Origin: an uncultured Planctomycetia bacterium
Lineage (GTDB): Bacteria; Omnitrophota; Gorgyraeia; 2-01-FULL-45-10
Reading direction: 5' to 3'
Length of the DNA: 64,000 nucleotides
NCBI GenBank assembly: GCA_964352425.1
Contig: CAYGRZ010000001.1
Coordinates: 672-64,671 of the forward strand
Below, piece by piece: positions 47,133-56,374 of this stretch; within the stretch, counting starts at the first letter, position 1; the number at the start of each line of letters is the position of its first letter. The notes beneath the pieces are model-generated. The model was not told the origin of the DNA. It saw only the letters and a program-made list of their open reading frames with translations, and did not search any database. Position numbers and translations under genes: made by a program.

Positions 47133-47690
47133 ATGAAGCTGTTTTTAATTATTGTGGGAGTATTGCTGCTGCTGGCAGTTAGTACCGGTGTCGGCCTCTA
47201 TAACGGCATCGTCGCGAAGCACGAGACGATAACCGCCACGTGGGCGCAGGTCGAGAACCAGCTGCAGAGGCGTAACGACCTCATACCGAATCTCGTCAAC
47301 TCCGTTAAAGGCTACGCCGCCCACGAGAAGACGGTCTTCGAGGACGTGACGAAAGCGCGTTCGCAGTGGGCAGGCGCCAAGTCGCTTGATGAAAAGGTGT
47401 CAGCGGCAGGCGGCATGGATTCTGCACTGGCAAGGCTGATTGCTGTCGCGGAGAACTATCCTCAGCTGAAGGCAGACCAGACGTTCCTGAGGCTGATGGA
47501 CGAGCTCTCCGGGACTGAAAACCGGATCGCGGTCGAGAGGATGAGGTATAACGAAGCGGTGAAGGATTACAATATCACCGTCAGGCTCTTCCCCGGGAAT
47601 GTCGTCGCAGGGGTGTTCGGATACAAGCCGGCAACCGAGTATTTCAAGGCGGCGGAGGGCGCCCGGAGTGTTCCGGAAGTCAAGTTTTAA
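47133..47690 (+). CDS. lemA: LemA family protein
   Basis: WAQVENQLQRR.DLIPNLV, AENYPQLKA, GTENRIAVER.RYN; AAGGAGG RBS. Confidence 0.94.
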   Translation: MKLFLIIVGVLLLLAVSTGVGLYNGIVAKHETITATWAQVENQLQRRNDLIPNLVNSVKGYAAHEKTVFEDVTKARSQWAGAKSLDEKVSAAGGMDSALARLIAVAENYPQLKADQTFLRLMDELSGTENRIAVERMRYNEAVKDYNITVRLFPGNVVAGVFGYKPATEYFKAAEGARSVPEVKF

Positions 47691-48108
47691 TAAGGCGCTT
47701 CTGTGCCTGGCGGCCGTTCTATTGCTCTCGCCGCCAGCGGTGTTTGCCCAGCGGATCGCAGAGTTTGAGATCGGCCAGACCAGCTTCGTACCCAAGCCGC
47801 GCCTGATAGCGCCCGCGACGGACGTCGTCGACCTGACGGGTAAAGACGGTCTGGAATTCAAGTGGAGCCCTCACGAAGGCGACCAGGTCAAGCGCGATCA
47901 TTACGATTTCAGGCTCTACCGCGGCTACACTATGGTCGAGTCTACCCGCATACTGAAGATGCGCATCAGCCCTCGCCAGTGGTCGATCATCCTGAAGGCG
48001 GAGATGTTTGAGGACGCCCAGGTCTATACGTGGTCGCTCAGGCAGGTATATACCGGCTCGGCGAAGAGCTGGAGATCGTTCGAATCGTTCAAGGTCATCA
48101 AGCGCTGA
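47668..48108 (+). CDS. Exported hypothetical beta-rich protein
   Basis: GTG 47668 with GGAGG 9 nt upstream; signal peptide ...LLCLAAVLLLSPPAVFA-Q; PRL..P, F.WSP, Y.W.L pattern suggests a beta-sandwich. Confidence 0.65.
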   Translation: MFRKSSFNKALLCLAAVLLLSPPAVFAQRIAEFEIGQTSFVPKPRLIAPATDVVDLTGKDGLEFKWSPHEGDQVKRDHYDFRLYRGYTMVESTRILKMRISPRQWSIILKAEMFEDAQVYTWSLRQVYTGSAKSWRSFESFKVIKR

Positions 48109-48121
48109 AAAAAGGATACCG

Positions 48122-48688
48122 GTGCAGGGACTCCAGAAGGCCAAGGATGCAATAAGAAGCGCCAGGACGATCGCCATATCGGGCCACGTCAATCCCGACG
48201 GAGATTCGATCGGCTCGCTGCTGGCGCTCGGCCTCGGGCTGGAGCGGATGGGTAAGGCAGTCACCATGGTCAGCACGGACGGCGTGCCGCAGAGGTACAG
48301 GATGCTTCCCGGCGCCGGCCGCATAGCCAAGTCGATGCGCGAGAGCGTGGACCCCGCGATAACGGTCGACTGCAGCTCTAAAGAGATAGTGGGAATTGTC
48401 TTCGATTCGCTTCGGGAGGCCAAAGAGATACTCGAGATAGACCATCATGACTTCAGGAGGCCTTTCGGCACGGTGTCGCTCATCGACGCGCGCGCTGCGG
48501 CAGTCGGTGAGATCATATACAAGCTGTTACGGCAGCTCAAGGTTCGCATTACCCCGCAGATTAACGTCGCGTCGATCGCGGAGCAGTACGGCGGCGGCGG
48601 GCATTTCGACGTGGCGGGGTGCACGATCGAGAACAGTCCCGTATCGATCCGCTTACTTTTAAAGCGGGTCGAGAAGCTGTTGAGGTAA
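48122..48688 (+). pseudogene. DHH/DHHA1 (NrnA-like) phosphoesterase with a large in-frame internal deletion
   Basis: H.NPDGDSIGS, VDC, IDHH motifs joined directly to NVASIAEQYGGGGH..AG; only 188 aa; the TDTG segment is missing. Confidence 0.7.
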
Positions 48689-48691
48689 CCG

Positions 48692-49897
48692 ATGGCCACC
48701 GCCAGGAAGATCCTGATCATCACATCGGACAGAAATCTGCGCGAAGTCCTGAAGTTCTGTTTTGACGGCTGGGGGTACGAGGTGGTCGTGCCTCTCGCGG
48801 CCGTCCGCGATATCGCGCCGATAAAAAAAATAGCCCCTGACGTGATCGTCGTCGATGTCCATTCCGCGAAGCGCACCGACCTCGAGATCTGTCGCCTGCT
48901 GAAAGACGACTTCCTTACCGCGTATATCCCCGTCATCACGCTGATCAATAAGCGGCAGCTCCGCTCGCAGCTCCTGAGCATCAAGCAGGGTATCGATGAT
49001 TATCTGATAAAACCTCCCGACCCACTCGACCTGCGCGTTCGGATCGAGATGGCCCTGAAGAGGGCCCAGCACAGCCTCTTTTCGACGCCGCTCACCGGGT
49101 TGCCCGGTGGCAGGCTTATCGAGGACACGCTCGGCGGCAGGCTTGCCGGCGGCGGGCCTTTTTCGTTCGGGTATCTCGATCTCGACAATTTCAAGTATTT
49201 CAATGACACGTACGGCTACGTGAAAGGCGACCGCGTCATCATGCAGACCGCCTATATGCTCTATACGACGATCTCGAAGGCCGGTAACCGCGGCGACTTC
49301 ATCGGCCATATCGGCGGCGACGATTTCGCGTTCATCACGACGCCCGATAAACAGAACGCCATGTGCCAGTATTTCATTTCGCAGTTCAACCGGATCATGC
49401 CGTTCCACTATACGAGGGACGACCGGGCCAACGGCTATATCGTCGCGCGTGACCGGACCCACACAATCAAGAAGATACCGCTGATGAGCGTATCGATAGC
49501 GGTCGTCAACAGGACACAGCAGGTCGATTTCAAGAACATCATCGAGATTAACGAGAAGGTCGCCGAAGTGAAGCGTTATTTGAAAGGCTTTACCGGCTCA
49601 AAGTTCATGGCGGACAGGCGGTCCGGCGATGTCGACGGCAGGCAGAGCGCGCAGATCTATAGGATCGAGACCGGCGCGAAAGATCTCTACAGGCCCCTCG
49701 GCCAGATCCTTCTCGAGCGCGACGATATAGATGCCCAGAAGCTTGATGAGGCGCTGACCGTCCACTGGAGGAGAGGGGTGAGGCTGGGTGAGATCCTGAC
49801 CGAGCTCGGTTTCGTCCGCGAGGCCCGGGTAGCAGGGGCATTGAACGAGGCCAGGAAGGCCGCAGGCGCCGAGAGGGATGGCGCAGGTAAGGAATAG
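48692..49897 (+). CDS. REC - GGDEF diguanylate cyclase - MshEN-like domain protein
   Basis: Atypical receiver (DDYLIKP); LTGLPG, DLDNFKYFNDTYG..GD, HIGGDDF; C-terminal LGQILL...LDEAL...RLGEILTELG. Confidence 0.85.
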   Translation: MATARKILIITSDRNLREVLKFCFDGWGYEVVVPLAAVRDIAPIKKIAPDVIVVDVHSAKRTDLEICRLLKDDFLTAYIPVITLINKRQLRSQLLSIKQGIDDYLIKPPDPLDLRVRIEMALKRAQHSLFSTPLTGLPGGRLIEDTLGGRLAGGGPFSFGYLDLDNFKYFNDTYGYVKGDRVIMQTAYMLYTTISKAGNRGDFIGHIGGDDFAFITTPDKQNAMCQYFISQFNRIMPFHYTRDDRANGYIVARDRTHTIKKIPLMSVSIAVVNRTQQVDFKNIIEINEKVAEVKRYLKGFTGSKFMADRRSGDVDGRQSAQIYRIETGAKDLYRPLGQILLERDDIDAQKLDEALTVHWRRGVRLGEILTELGFVREARVAGALNEARKAAGAERDGAGKE

Positions 49898-49899
49898 TG

Positions 49900-50154
49900 A
49901 TGTCGAATACGCAGAATGAAAAGGCCGCGGTGAAATGGTACCACTCGCCGGTCTTTATCCTGATCCTGTTCCTGGCGGTCGGGCCGTTCGCCATACCGCT
50001 GGTATGGGCAAGCCCCGCGCTCAAGCTGTGGCAGAAGATACTGATAACGGCGGCGATCCTCCTTCTTACGGTATGGCTGCTGAAGGCAGGCCTTGATATA
50101 TATACGGTGCTGTTAAAAGAAGCCAGGGCTCTGCGGGAGACGATGGTGCAGTGA
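49900..50154 (+). CDS. Small membrane protein
   Basis: KWY followed by hydrophobic helices (GPFAIPLVW); AAGGA RBS. Confidence 0.75.
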   Translation: MSNTQNEKAAVKWYHSPVFILILFLAVGPFAIPLVWASPALKLWQKILITAAILLLTVWLLKAGLDIYTVLLKEARALRETMVQ

Positions 50155-50157
50155 CGT

Positions 50158-50580
50158 ATGCCGATAATCATTGACGGATGGAATTTGATACGTAACCGCG
50201 CATCGTGCATCAACGATGATGAGAGCGAGTCGCTCGATGCGGCCCGGCATCTGATATCTTATCTGAGAGCGTTCCAGCAGACCCACAGCGACCCGATCGT
50301 CCTCGTCTTCGACTCGACCAAGGAATACCTGGACATGCAGTACACGAACAGCGCGAAGCTGAGGATAGTCCCGGCGAAGGATGCCGACGGATATATTAAA
50401 CGCTATGTCGACAAGACTCCGGAGCGTCAGCGGCGTAACCTGCGTGTCGTATCGTCCGATAACGACGTTTACTTTTACGCGAAAAGCTCGTATGCGACGC
50501 CGCTTACGTCCGAGGAGTTCTGGAGGAAATTGAAGGGTCAAGGGCCATCCCTCGGCTCCGCTCGGGACAGGAGGGTATAG
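50158..50580 (+). CDS. NYN/YacP-like (PIN-fold) domain protein
   Basis: IIIDGWNL, LVFD, ADGYI, VVSSD, SEEF motifs. Confidence 0.8.
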   Translation: MPIIIDGWNLIRNRASCINDDESESLDAARHLISYLRAFQQTHSDPIVLVFDSTKEYLDMQYTNSAKLRIVPAKDADGYIKRYVDKTPERQRRNLRVVSSDNDVYFYAKSSYATPLTSEEFWRKLKGQGPSLGSARDRRV

Positions 50581-50585
50581 GGTCA
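50534..50585 (+). repeat. AGGGTCA-type heptamers interrupted by a REP-like half element
   Basis: AGGGTCA AGGGCCA [TCCCTCGGCTCCGCTCGGGACAGG] AGGGTAT AGGGTCA. Confidence 0.65.
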
Positions 50586-50604
50586 TGAAAACAGGGAAGG
50601 CGAT

Positions 50605-50991
50605 ATGTATAAAGTAGAGATAGCGAGTAAGAGTGGTTACAGGTTCAGCGTGAAATCAGATGGTGCGTCGTTCGATGTCGACGCCAAGGGTAAAGACGGG
50701 ATAACGCCGCCAGACGTTCTTCTTGCCAGCCTCGGCTCCTGCGTCGGCGTCTACATCAGAAAATATGCCGACGGGGCGAAGATCGGCCTCGACGCGTTCG
50801 ACGTGACGGTCGCCGGAGACCTCGGCAGCGAAGCGCCGTACCGGTTCAGGCAGATAAAGGTGTCGGTCGATCTGAAGGGATCCTCACTTGACGACCGCAG
50901 AAAGAAGGCCCTGCTGGAATTCGTGAAGAATTGCCCGATCCACAACACCCTGAAGGGCAGCCCTGACATCGAGATGACGCTTAAGCCTTGA
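50605..50991 (+). CDS. OsmC family protein
   Basis: GITPPDVLLASLGSC...CPIHNTL two-Cys signature. Confidence 0.9.
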   Translation: MYKVEIASKSGYRFSVKSDGASFDVDAKGKDGITPPDVLLASLGSCVGVYIRKYADGAKIGLDAFDVTVAGDLGSEAPYRFRQIKVSVDLKGSSLDDRRKKALLEFVKNCPIHNTLKGSPDIEMTLKP

Positions 50992-51016
50992 CAAAGGCAT
51001 AACCGGTTGTTACAAT
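50988..51016 (+). promoter_or_regulatory. Sigma70 promoter for rpsU
   Basis: TTGACA (50988-50993), 17 nt, TACAAT (51011-51016), with extended TG. Confidence 0.8.
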
Positions 51017-51059
51017 AGGCGCCGTTATAATGATGGTATAGAAAGGGTGTGAGATAAGG

Positions 51060-51221
51060 ATGCCTAAGATCACCGTTGGCGAGAACGAACCGTTAGAAAA
51101 GGCGCTCAGGCGTTTCAAGAAGAAGATGGAGATTGAAGGTACATTAAAGACGCTGAAGGCGCGCAAGCACTACGAGAAACCCAGCGAGAAAAAGCGTCGC
51201 AAGAGAAAAATGGCGTGGTAG
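51060..51221 (+). CDS. rpsU: 30S ribosomal protein S21 (53 aa, not in the ORF track)
   Basis: Hand translation MPKITVGENEPLEKALRRFKKKMEIEGTLKTLKARKHYEKPSEKKRRKRKMAW. Confidence 0.95.
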   Translation: MPKITVGENEPLEKALRRFKKKMEIEGTLKTLKARKHYEKPSEKKRRKRKMAW

Positions 51222-53848
51222 TTATCAATAGGCAGTGGGTGCGTATTTTCGTTATCGCCGGTGTTGCGGCGCTTATCGCAGCTGTGGGCGCATTCGACGC
51301 GCGTTGCCTTTCCGGAGACACGATAGAGATCCCCAAAGAGGCCGTTACCAGGAAAGTCCTGGATAACGGCCTCACTGTTCTGGCCAGCCACACCACCCCC
51401 GAAAACCTTGTCGCGGTAGACGTGAAGATCAGGGCGGGCGCCAGCTCGGAGGACGAGTACCTCGGCTCCGGCATCTCGCATCTTGTTGAGCATATGGTTT
51501 TCAAGGGGACCGGAAAGCGCGGGCCCGGCGATATCGAAAAAGCGGTCAAATCGTTTGGCGGCGTCATGAACGGTTCGGTGTCGCAGGACATAACCGACTA
51601 CCACATCATTCTGCCGTCGAGATACCTGCCCGAGGCTCTTGCGATAGTGAGTGACATGCTGCTGGGCGCGAAGTTCGATGCGGGAGAGCTCGCGCGGGAA
51701 AAGGAAGTCATCCTTCAGGAGATCCGGCTGAACAGGGATGAACCGCAGTCGATGCTGATGAGGCTCTTAAACGAGACGGCGTATATTAAACACGCGTACA
51801 AATATCCGGGCATAGGCTACGAAGAGCCGCTTAAGGCGCTGACCCGCGATGACGCGCTCAGATACTACAACAGGGTGTACGTGCCGAACAGGATCGTCGT
51901 GACGGTTGTCGGCGGCGTCGACGAAACGATAGCGATCGCGGCGGTGCGGGACGCGTTCAAGGTCTTCAGGGCGCCGGACTACGGCGTGCGGGGCTTAAGC
52001 CCCGCGGAACCGGCGCAGATAAGCCCGCGGCGGGCCGACGATGAAACCCCGACGAGCCTGGCGTATCTGGCGATGGGCTTCCATTCGACAAGCCTCCTCA
52101 ACGATGACCTCTACGCTATGGATGTGCTGTCGATGATTCTCGGCCGCGGAGACAATTCGCGGCTTACCGCAGGCCTGCAGAAAAAATGGAAGCTGGTCTA
52201 TTCGATATCCGGCTGGAACTACACGCCGATGGAGCCGGGCCTCTTCGTAATATCGGCTATACTCGACAAAGCCAACCTCGGCGCCGTCGAGAAGGCCGTG
52301 ATGGAAGAGATCGAAAAGGTCAGGACGGGCGCGATCGATGAGGCCGAGCTTGAGGGCGCCAGGCGGATGGTACTGGCCGATTACATCGCTCAGTTCCAGA
52401 CGCTCGACGGCAAGGCCAACGACATCGCCTCAAGCTACATCCTGACCGGCAATTACGATTTTTCCAGCAGGTATATCCTCGGCGTGCAGGCCGTTACCAG
52501 GGTTGATATTAAACGGGTCGCCGATAAGTATCTGCGCCCGGACAATCTCACCGTTGCACGCATCGTGCCTCCGGGATATGAGGAGGCCGAACCCCGGACG
52601 GCGGCTGTCGAGCCGAAAGATGAGATCCGGAAAGCCGAGCTGCCGAACGGCCTCAAGATACTCGTGCGCGAGAACCGCAGAACGCCTTCCATTTCGATAA
52701 CCGTGGCGATGCGGGGAGGCCTTATGGCCGAAACGGCGAAGACCAACGGCATCTCGAGCCTTACCGCGGACATGCTTCTGAAGGGCACGAGGACGAGAGC
52801 GGAGGACCAGATCAAGGGGCTTGTCCAGCAGCTCGGAGGGGACATGACGACCTTCAGCGGTTTTAACGGTTTTGGCATCACCATGGACCTGCTTAAAATA
52901 GACCTCAATACGGGCCTCGACATACTGAAAGACGTCCTGGCGAACAGCCAGTTCCCGCAAGGCGAGATCGATAAGGACAAGACGCTCGCGCTGGCCTCGA
53001 TACGGGAAGAGGACGACGATATATTCCAGGTCGGAATGAACCGGCTGCGCAGGAACCTTTTCGAGGGCACGCCGTACGCCTTCAGGTATCTGGGCGAGCC
53101 GGAGACCCTGGAATCGCTGGCAAGAGATGACATCGTTTCGTACTGCAGGAACTACAGCGTCCCGAACAACATGGTCATAGCCGTATCCGGCGACGTCGAC
53201 GCGGCGTCCGTGATCGGTCAGCTTAAGGTTAAGTTCTCCGATCTCAGGGCGCGGGAGGTCCCGTCAATTACTTCCGCGCCCGTAAGGCTCGAAAAGACGA
53301 AGCGCGATCAGCTGGTCATGGATAAAGAGGAGAGCCTCATCCTGATCGGATATGTGACGACGACGGTCAGCGACCCGGACCGCTACACGCTCGATGTGCT
53401 GAACTCGATACTGTCCGGCGCCTCCGGCCGCCTGTTCAGCGAACTTCGCAACAAGATGGCGCTGGCCTATGCGCTCGGGTGCGTCCAGAAGCTGGGCTTG
53501 AGCACGGGGTTCTTCGCGGTGTATGTGGCAACGACGAAGGACAAGATAGACATCACCATGAAGGCGCTCGCCGAAGAGATGCGCAAGATTCGGCAGCTCG
53601 CAGTCACCGAAGAAGAGCTCGCGTATGCGAAACGGGAGCTCGTCTCGGCCCGGCGCATAGCGGCGCAGACAAACAGCTTTTACTCTATGAACGCCGCGCT
53701 GGACGAGCTGTACGGGTTGGGCGCCGACAATGTCTACAAATACGAAAGCGAGATAGAGAAGGTGACCAGCCGGGACGTGAAGCGCGTAGCGGAAAAGTAC
53801 CTGAATCCGAAAACCAGCGCGGAAGTCATCATCTCATCAAAAGAGTAG
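51215..53848 (+). CDS. M16 family zinc peptidase (pitrilysin/PqqL-like, two-lobed)
   Basis: LDNGL, GISHLVEH (HxxEH), second LPNGL lobe lacking the His motif; N-terminal hydrophobic segment; exact start uncertain. Confidence 0.9.
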   Translation: MVVINRQWVRIFVIAGVAALIAAVGAFDARCLSGDTIEIPKEAVTRKVLDNGLTVLASHTTPENLVAVDVKIRAGASSEDEYLGSGISHLVEHMVFKGTGKRGPGDIEKAVKSFGGVMNGSVSQDITDYHIILPSRYLPEALAIVSDMLLGAKFDAGELAREKEVILQEIRLNRDEPQSMLMRLLNETAYIKHAYKYPGIGYEEPLKALTRDDALRYYNRVYVPNRIVVTVVGGVDETIAIAAVRDAFKVFRAPDYGVRGLSPAEPAQISPRRADDETPTSLAYLAMGFHSTSLLNDDLYAMDVLSMILGRGDNSRLTAGLQKKWKLVYSISGWNYTPMEPGLFVISAILDKANLGAVEKAVMEEIEKVRTGAIDEAELEGARRMVLADYIAQFQTLDGKANDIASSYILTGNYDFSSRYILGVQAVTRVDIKRVADKYLRPDNLTVARIVPPGYEEAEPRTAAVEPKDEIRKAELPNGLKILVRENRRTPSISITVAMRGGLMAETAKTNGISSLTADMLLKGTRTRAEDQIKGLVQQLGGDMTTFSGFNGFGITMDLLKIDLNTGLDILKDVLANSQFPQGEIDKDKTLALASIREEDDDIFQVGMNRLRRNLFEGTPYAFRYLGEPETLESLARDDIVSYCRNYSVPNNMVIAVSGDVDAASVIGQLKVKFSDLRAREVPSITSAPVRLEKTKRDQLVMDKEESLILIGYVTTTVSDPDRYTLDVLNSILSGASGRLFSELRNKMALAYALGCVQKLGLSTGFFAVYVATTKDKIDITMKALAEEMRKIRQLAVTEEELAYAKRELVSARRIAAQTNSFYSMNAALDELYGLGADNVYKYESEIEKVTSRDVKRVAEKYLNPKTSAEVIISSKE

Positions 53849-53849
53849 C

Positions 53850-54758
53850 ATGCTAAGCCTTTCCACATCATGGAATTCGTCCAGGCACATAAACGGCTTC
53901 TCCATGATCGACGAGATCAGGGCGCTGGGGTTTGAAACGGTCGAGCTGAACTTCGCCCTCACGGAGGCGATCGTGCGCGACGTCCTCTCCCTGAAAGAGT
54001 CAGGCGCCATAAAGGTCTCGAGCCTCCATAACATGTGCCCGCTTCCGGACGATATAGAGCCCTCCCGGGCGACACCCGATTATTACTCGCTGTCCTCTTC
54101 CGATGAGAAAGAGCGGCTGCGTGCGGTTGCTGTCGCGATGAAGACGATTGAGTGCGCGAAAAAGCTCGGCGCCCCCGCAGTCGTCCTCCATGCGGGCAGG
54201 GTGGAGATGAGGGACCGCACGCGGGAGCTCGCGGCGGCCGTTGACGACGCGGCGGCGCTCGCCAGGATACGGAGCGAGGCATCCGCGGAGAGGAACGCGA
54301 AAAGGGGCATCTATCTCGACAACGTGATGAAGAGTCTCGACGAGCTCGTTCCTCACGCCAAATGCGCGGGCGTCGCACTCGGCGTCGAGAACCGTTATTA
54401 TTACCGCGAGATACCCGTGATCGATGAGTTCGAGGCGATGTTCAGGCGCTTCGGTCCCGGCGAACTGTACTATTGGCATGACGTAGGCCACGCAGAGGTT
54501 TTCGACAGGCTCGGCCTCTGCCGCCACAAAGACCTTCTGGATAAGTTTTCCGGCCGCTTGATAGGCATGCACCTGCATGATATAATAGGCCCTGTCGGCG
54601 ACCACAAGGCGCCGGGTCAGGGCACGTTCGACTTCCATATGGTGAAACCATATATCAGGCCGGATACGATCATGGTCATGGAAGCCCACCAGCCGGCGAC
54701 CGCTGACGATATCCGGAAGGGCGCGGCGTATCTGGCGGAAATATTCGGGAGGGTCTGA
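53850..54758 (+). CDS. Sugar phosphate isomerase/epimerase (xylose-isomerase-like TIM barrel)
   Basis: VEL, SLH, VVLHAG, GVENR, HDVGH, HLHD, DH..PG.G. Confidence 0.8.
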   Translation: MLSLSTSWNSSRHINGFSMIDEIRALGFETVELNFALTEAIVRDVLSLKESGAIKVSSLHNMCPLPDDIEPSRATPDYYSLSSSDEKERLRAVAVAMKTIECAKKLGAPAVVLHAGRVEMRDRTRELAAAVDDAAALARIRSEASAERNAKRGIYLDNVMKSLDELVPHAKCAGVALGVENRYYYREIPVIDEFEAMFRRFGPGELYYWHDVGHAEVFDRLGLCRHKDLLDKFSGRLIGMHLHDIIGPVGDHKAPGQGTFDFHMVKPYIRPDTIMVMEAHQPATADDIRKGAAYLAEIFGRV

Positions 54759-54760
54759 CA

Positions 54761-55570
54761 ATGGTGAGGGATCCGGTTCGCGCAGGTCAATTCTACCAGG
54801 GCACAAAAAATTCATTGCTCCGCGAAGTTGAATCGCTGATCGACCGGACGGCGAAGAAAGAAGACGCGAAGGCCGTCGTCTCGCCTCATGCCGGATACAT
54901 GTATTCGGGGCCTGTCGCGGGCAGTGTCCTTTCATCGATCAAGCCGAAGAAGACGTACGTGATCATCGGGCCTAACCACACGGGCCTGGGGGCCGAGTTC
55001 GGTATCGACACACATGCCTCCTGGAAGACGCCGCTCGGCGAGGTCAATGTCAACAGGGACCTCGCCGAACGGATCAGAGCCAGCGCCCCTGCGATCAAAG
55101 ACGACAGCCTGTGTCATGCGGGCGAGCATTCGGTAGAGGTGCAGATACCGTTCCTGCAGGTCCTTCAGAAAGATTTCACGATCGTGCCGATCGTCATATC
55201 ATGCGCGAACCTCGAAGTTTACCGGCAGATCGGCAGCGCCATCGCCAGGTCGATAAAGGACTTGGCCCTCGAGGCCGACGTTACCATCATCGCATCGAGC
55301 GACATGACTCATTATGAGTCGCAGGAAAGCGCGAGGCGGAAAGATATGATCGCGATAGATGCGGTGCTGAAGCTCGATGAGAAGAAGCTCGTCGAGGCCG
55401 TATCCGAATTCGACATATCGATGTGCGGCTTCGCGCCGACCGCAATAATGCTGGTCGCGGCCAAAGAGCTCGGCGCTACTAAGGCGCGTCTTGTCAAATA
55501 CCAGACGAGCGGCGACGCTTCAGGTGATTACTCCGCGGTCGTCGGATACGCTGGTCTAATCATAACGTAA
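54761..55570 (+). CDS. amrB: AmmeMemoRadiSam system protein B (MEMO1 family)
   Basis: AGQFY, PHAGYMYSG, GPNH, EHSVEVQ.PF, ASSDMTHY, SMCG, VVGYA. Confidence 0.92.
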   Translation: MVRDPVRAGQFYQGTKNSLLREVESLIDRTAKKEDAKAVVSPHAGYMYSGPVAGSVLSSIKPKKTYVIIGPNHTGLGAEFGIDTHASWKTPLGEVNVNRDLAERIRASAPAIKDDSLCHAGEHSVEVQIPFLQVLQKDFTIVPIVISCANLEVYRQIGSAIARSIKDLALEADVTIIASSDMTHYESQESARRKDMIAIDAVLKLDEKKLVEAVSEFDISMCGFAPTAIMLVAAKELGATKARLVKYQTSGDASGDYSAVVGYAGLIIT

Positions 55571-55582
55571 GGCAGCGTTTTT

Positions 55583-56374
55583 ATGGGATTCTTCGGAAAA
55601 AGAAAAAAAAATACGGTAGCGCTCGCTCTTGGCGGAGGTTCGGCGCGGGGGATGGCGCATATCGGCGTACTCAAGGTTTTTGAGCGCGAGAAGATCCCGA
55701 TAGATATGATAGTGGGCACGAGCATGGGCGCGCTCATCGGCGCGGGATACTCCATCGGCGTTCCGCTGAAACATATGGAGGACCGCTCATTAACTTTTAC
55801 GACCAGAAAACTGCTGGACCCGACAATGCCTAAGATGGGCATGCTGGCCGGAGAAAAGCTCGAGATCATCATAAAGGATCTCCTGGATTCAAAGACATTC
55901 GACGACTGCAAGATACCGCTGGCCGTTGTCACTATCGATATAGAGACCGGCGAAGAAGTGGTGCACCAGCAGGGGGAGCTCGTCAAAATAGTGCGCGCCA
56001 GCTGTTCATGGCCCGGCGTATTCAACCCTGTGAGCATAGGCGGCAGGCTTCTGGTGGACGGAGGCATAAAGCACAGCGTTCCAGCGAAGATCGCCAGGGA
56101 CCTCGGCGCCGATTACATAATAGCCGTGGACGTCGGATTCTGCGTCAGGACCGGGAAAATAGACAATATCATCCAGATGATAGTCCAGTCTTTCCAGATA
56201 ACCGGCGAAGAGCTCAACCGTTATCAGTCGCTGGAAGCCGACGCTATAATCAAGGTGGACCTTCCCGATATCGATCAGGCCGCTTTCAGCCGCGCACGCG
56301 AAATGATAGTAAAGGGAGTCGAGGCTGCGGAGGCCGCTATTGTGCGGATAAAAAAGGATCTGGGGCTGCGCTAA
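55583..56374 (+). CDS. Patatin-like phospholipase
   Basis: LGGGSARG.AHIG, GTSMG, DGG. Confidence 0.92.
   Translation: MGFFGKRKKNTVALALGGGSARGMAHIGVLKVFEREKIPIDMIVGTSMGALIGAGYSIGVPLKHMEDRSLTFTTRKLLDPTMPKMGMLAGEKLEIIIKDLLDSKTFDDCKIPLAVVTIDIETGEEVVHQQGELVKIVRASCSWPGVFNPVSIGGRLLVDGGIKHSVPAKIARDLGADYIIAVDVGFCVRTGKIDNIIQMIVQSFQITGEELNRYQSLEADAIIKVDLPDIDQAAFSRAREMIVKGVEAAEAAIVRIKKDLGLR

Noticed and set aside
54761-55570. AmmeMemoRadiSam system involving the radical SAM at 12229
   Set aside because: Only the MEMO-like B gene is present; the radical SAM is 40 kb away and lacks the AmrS N-terminal Cys motif pattern.
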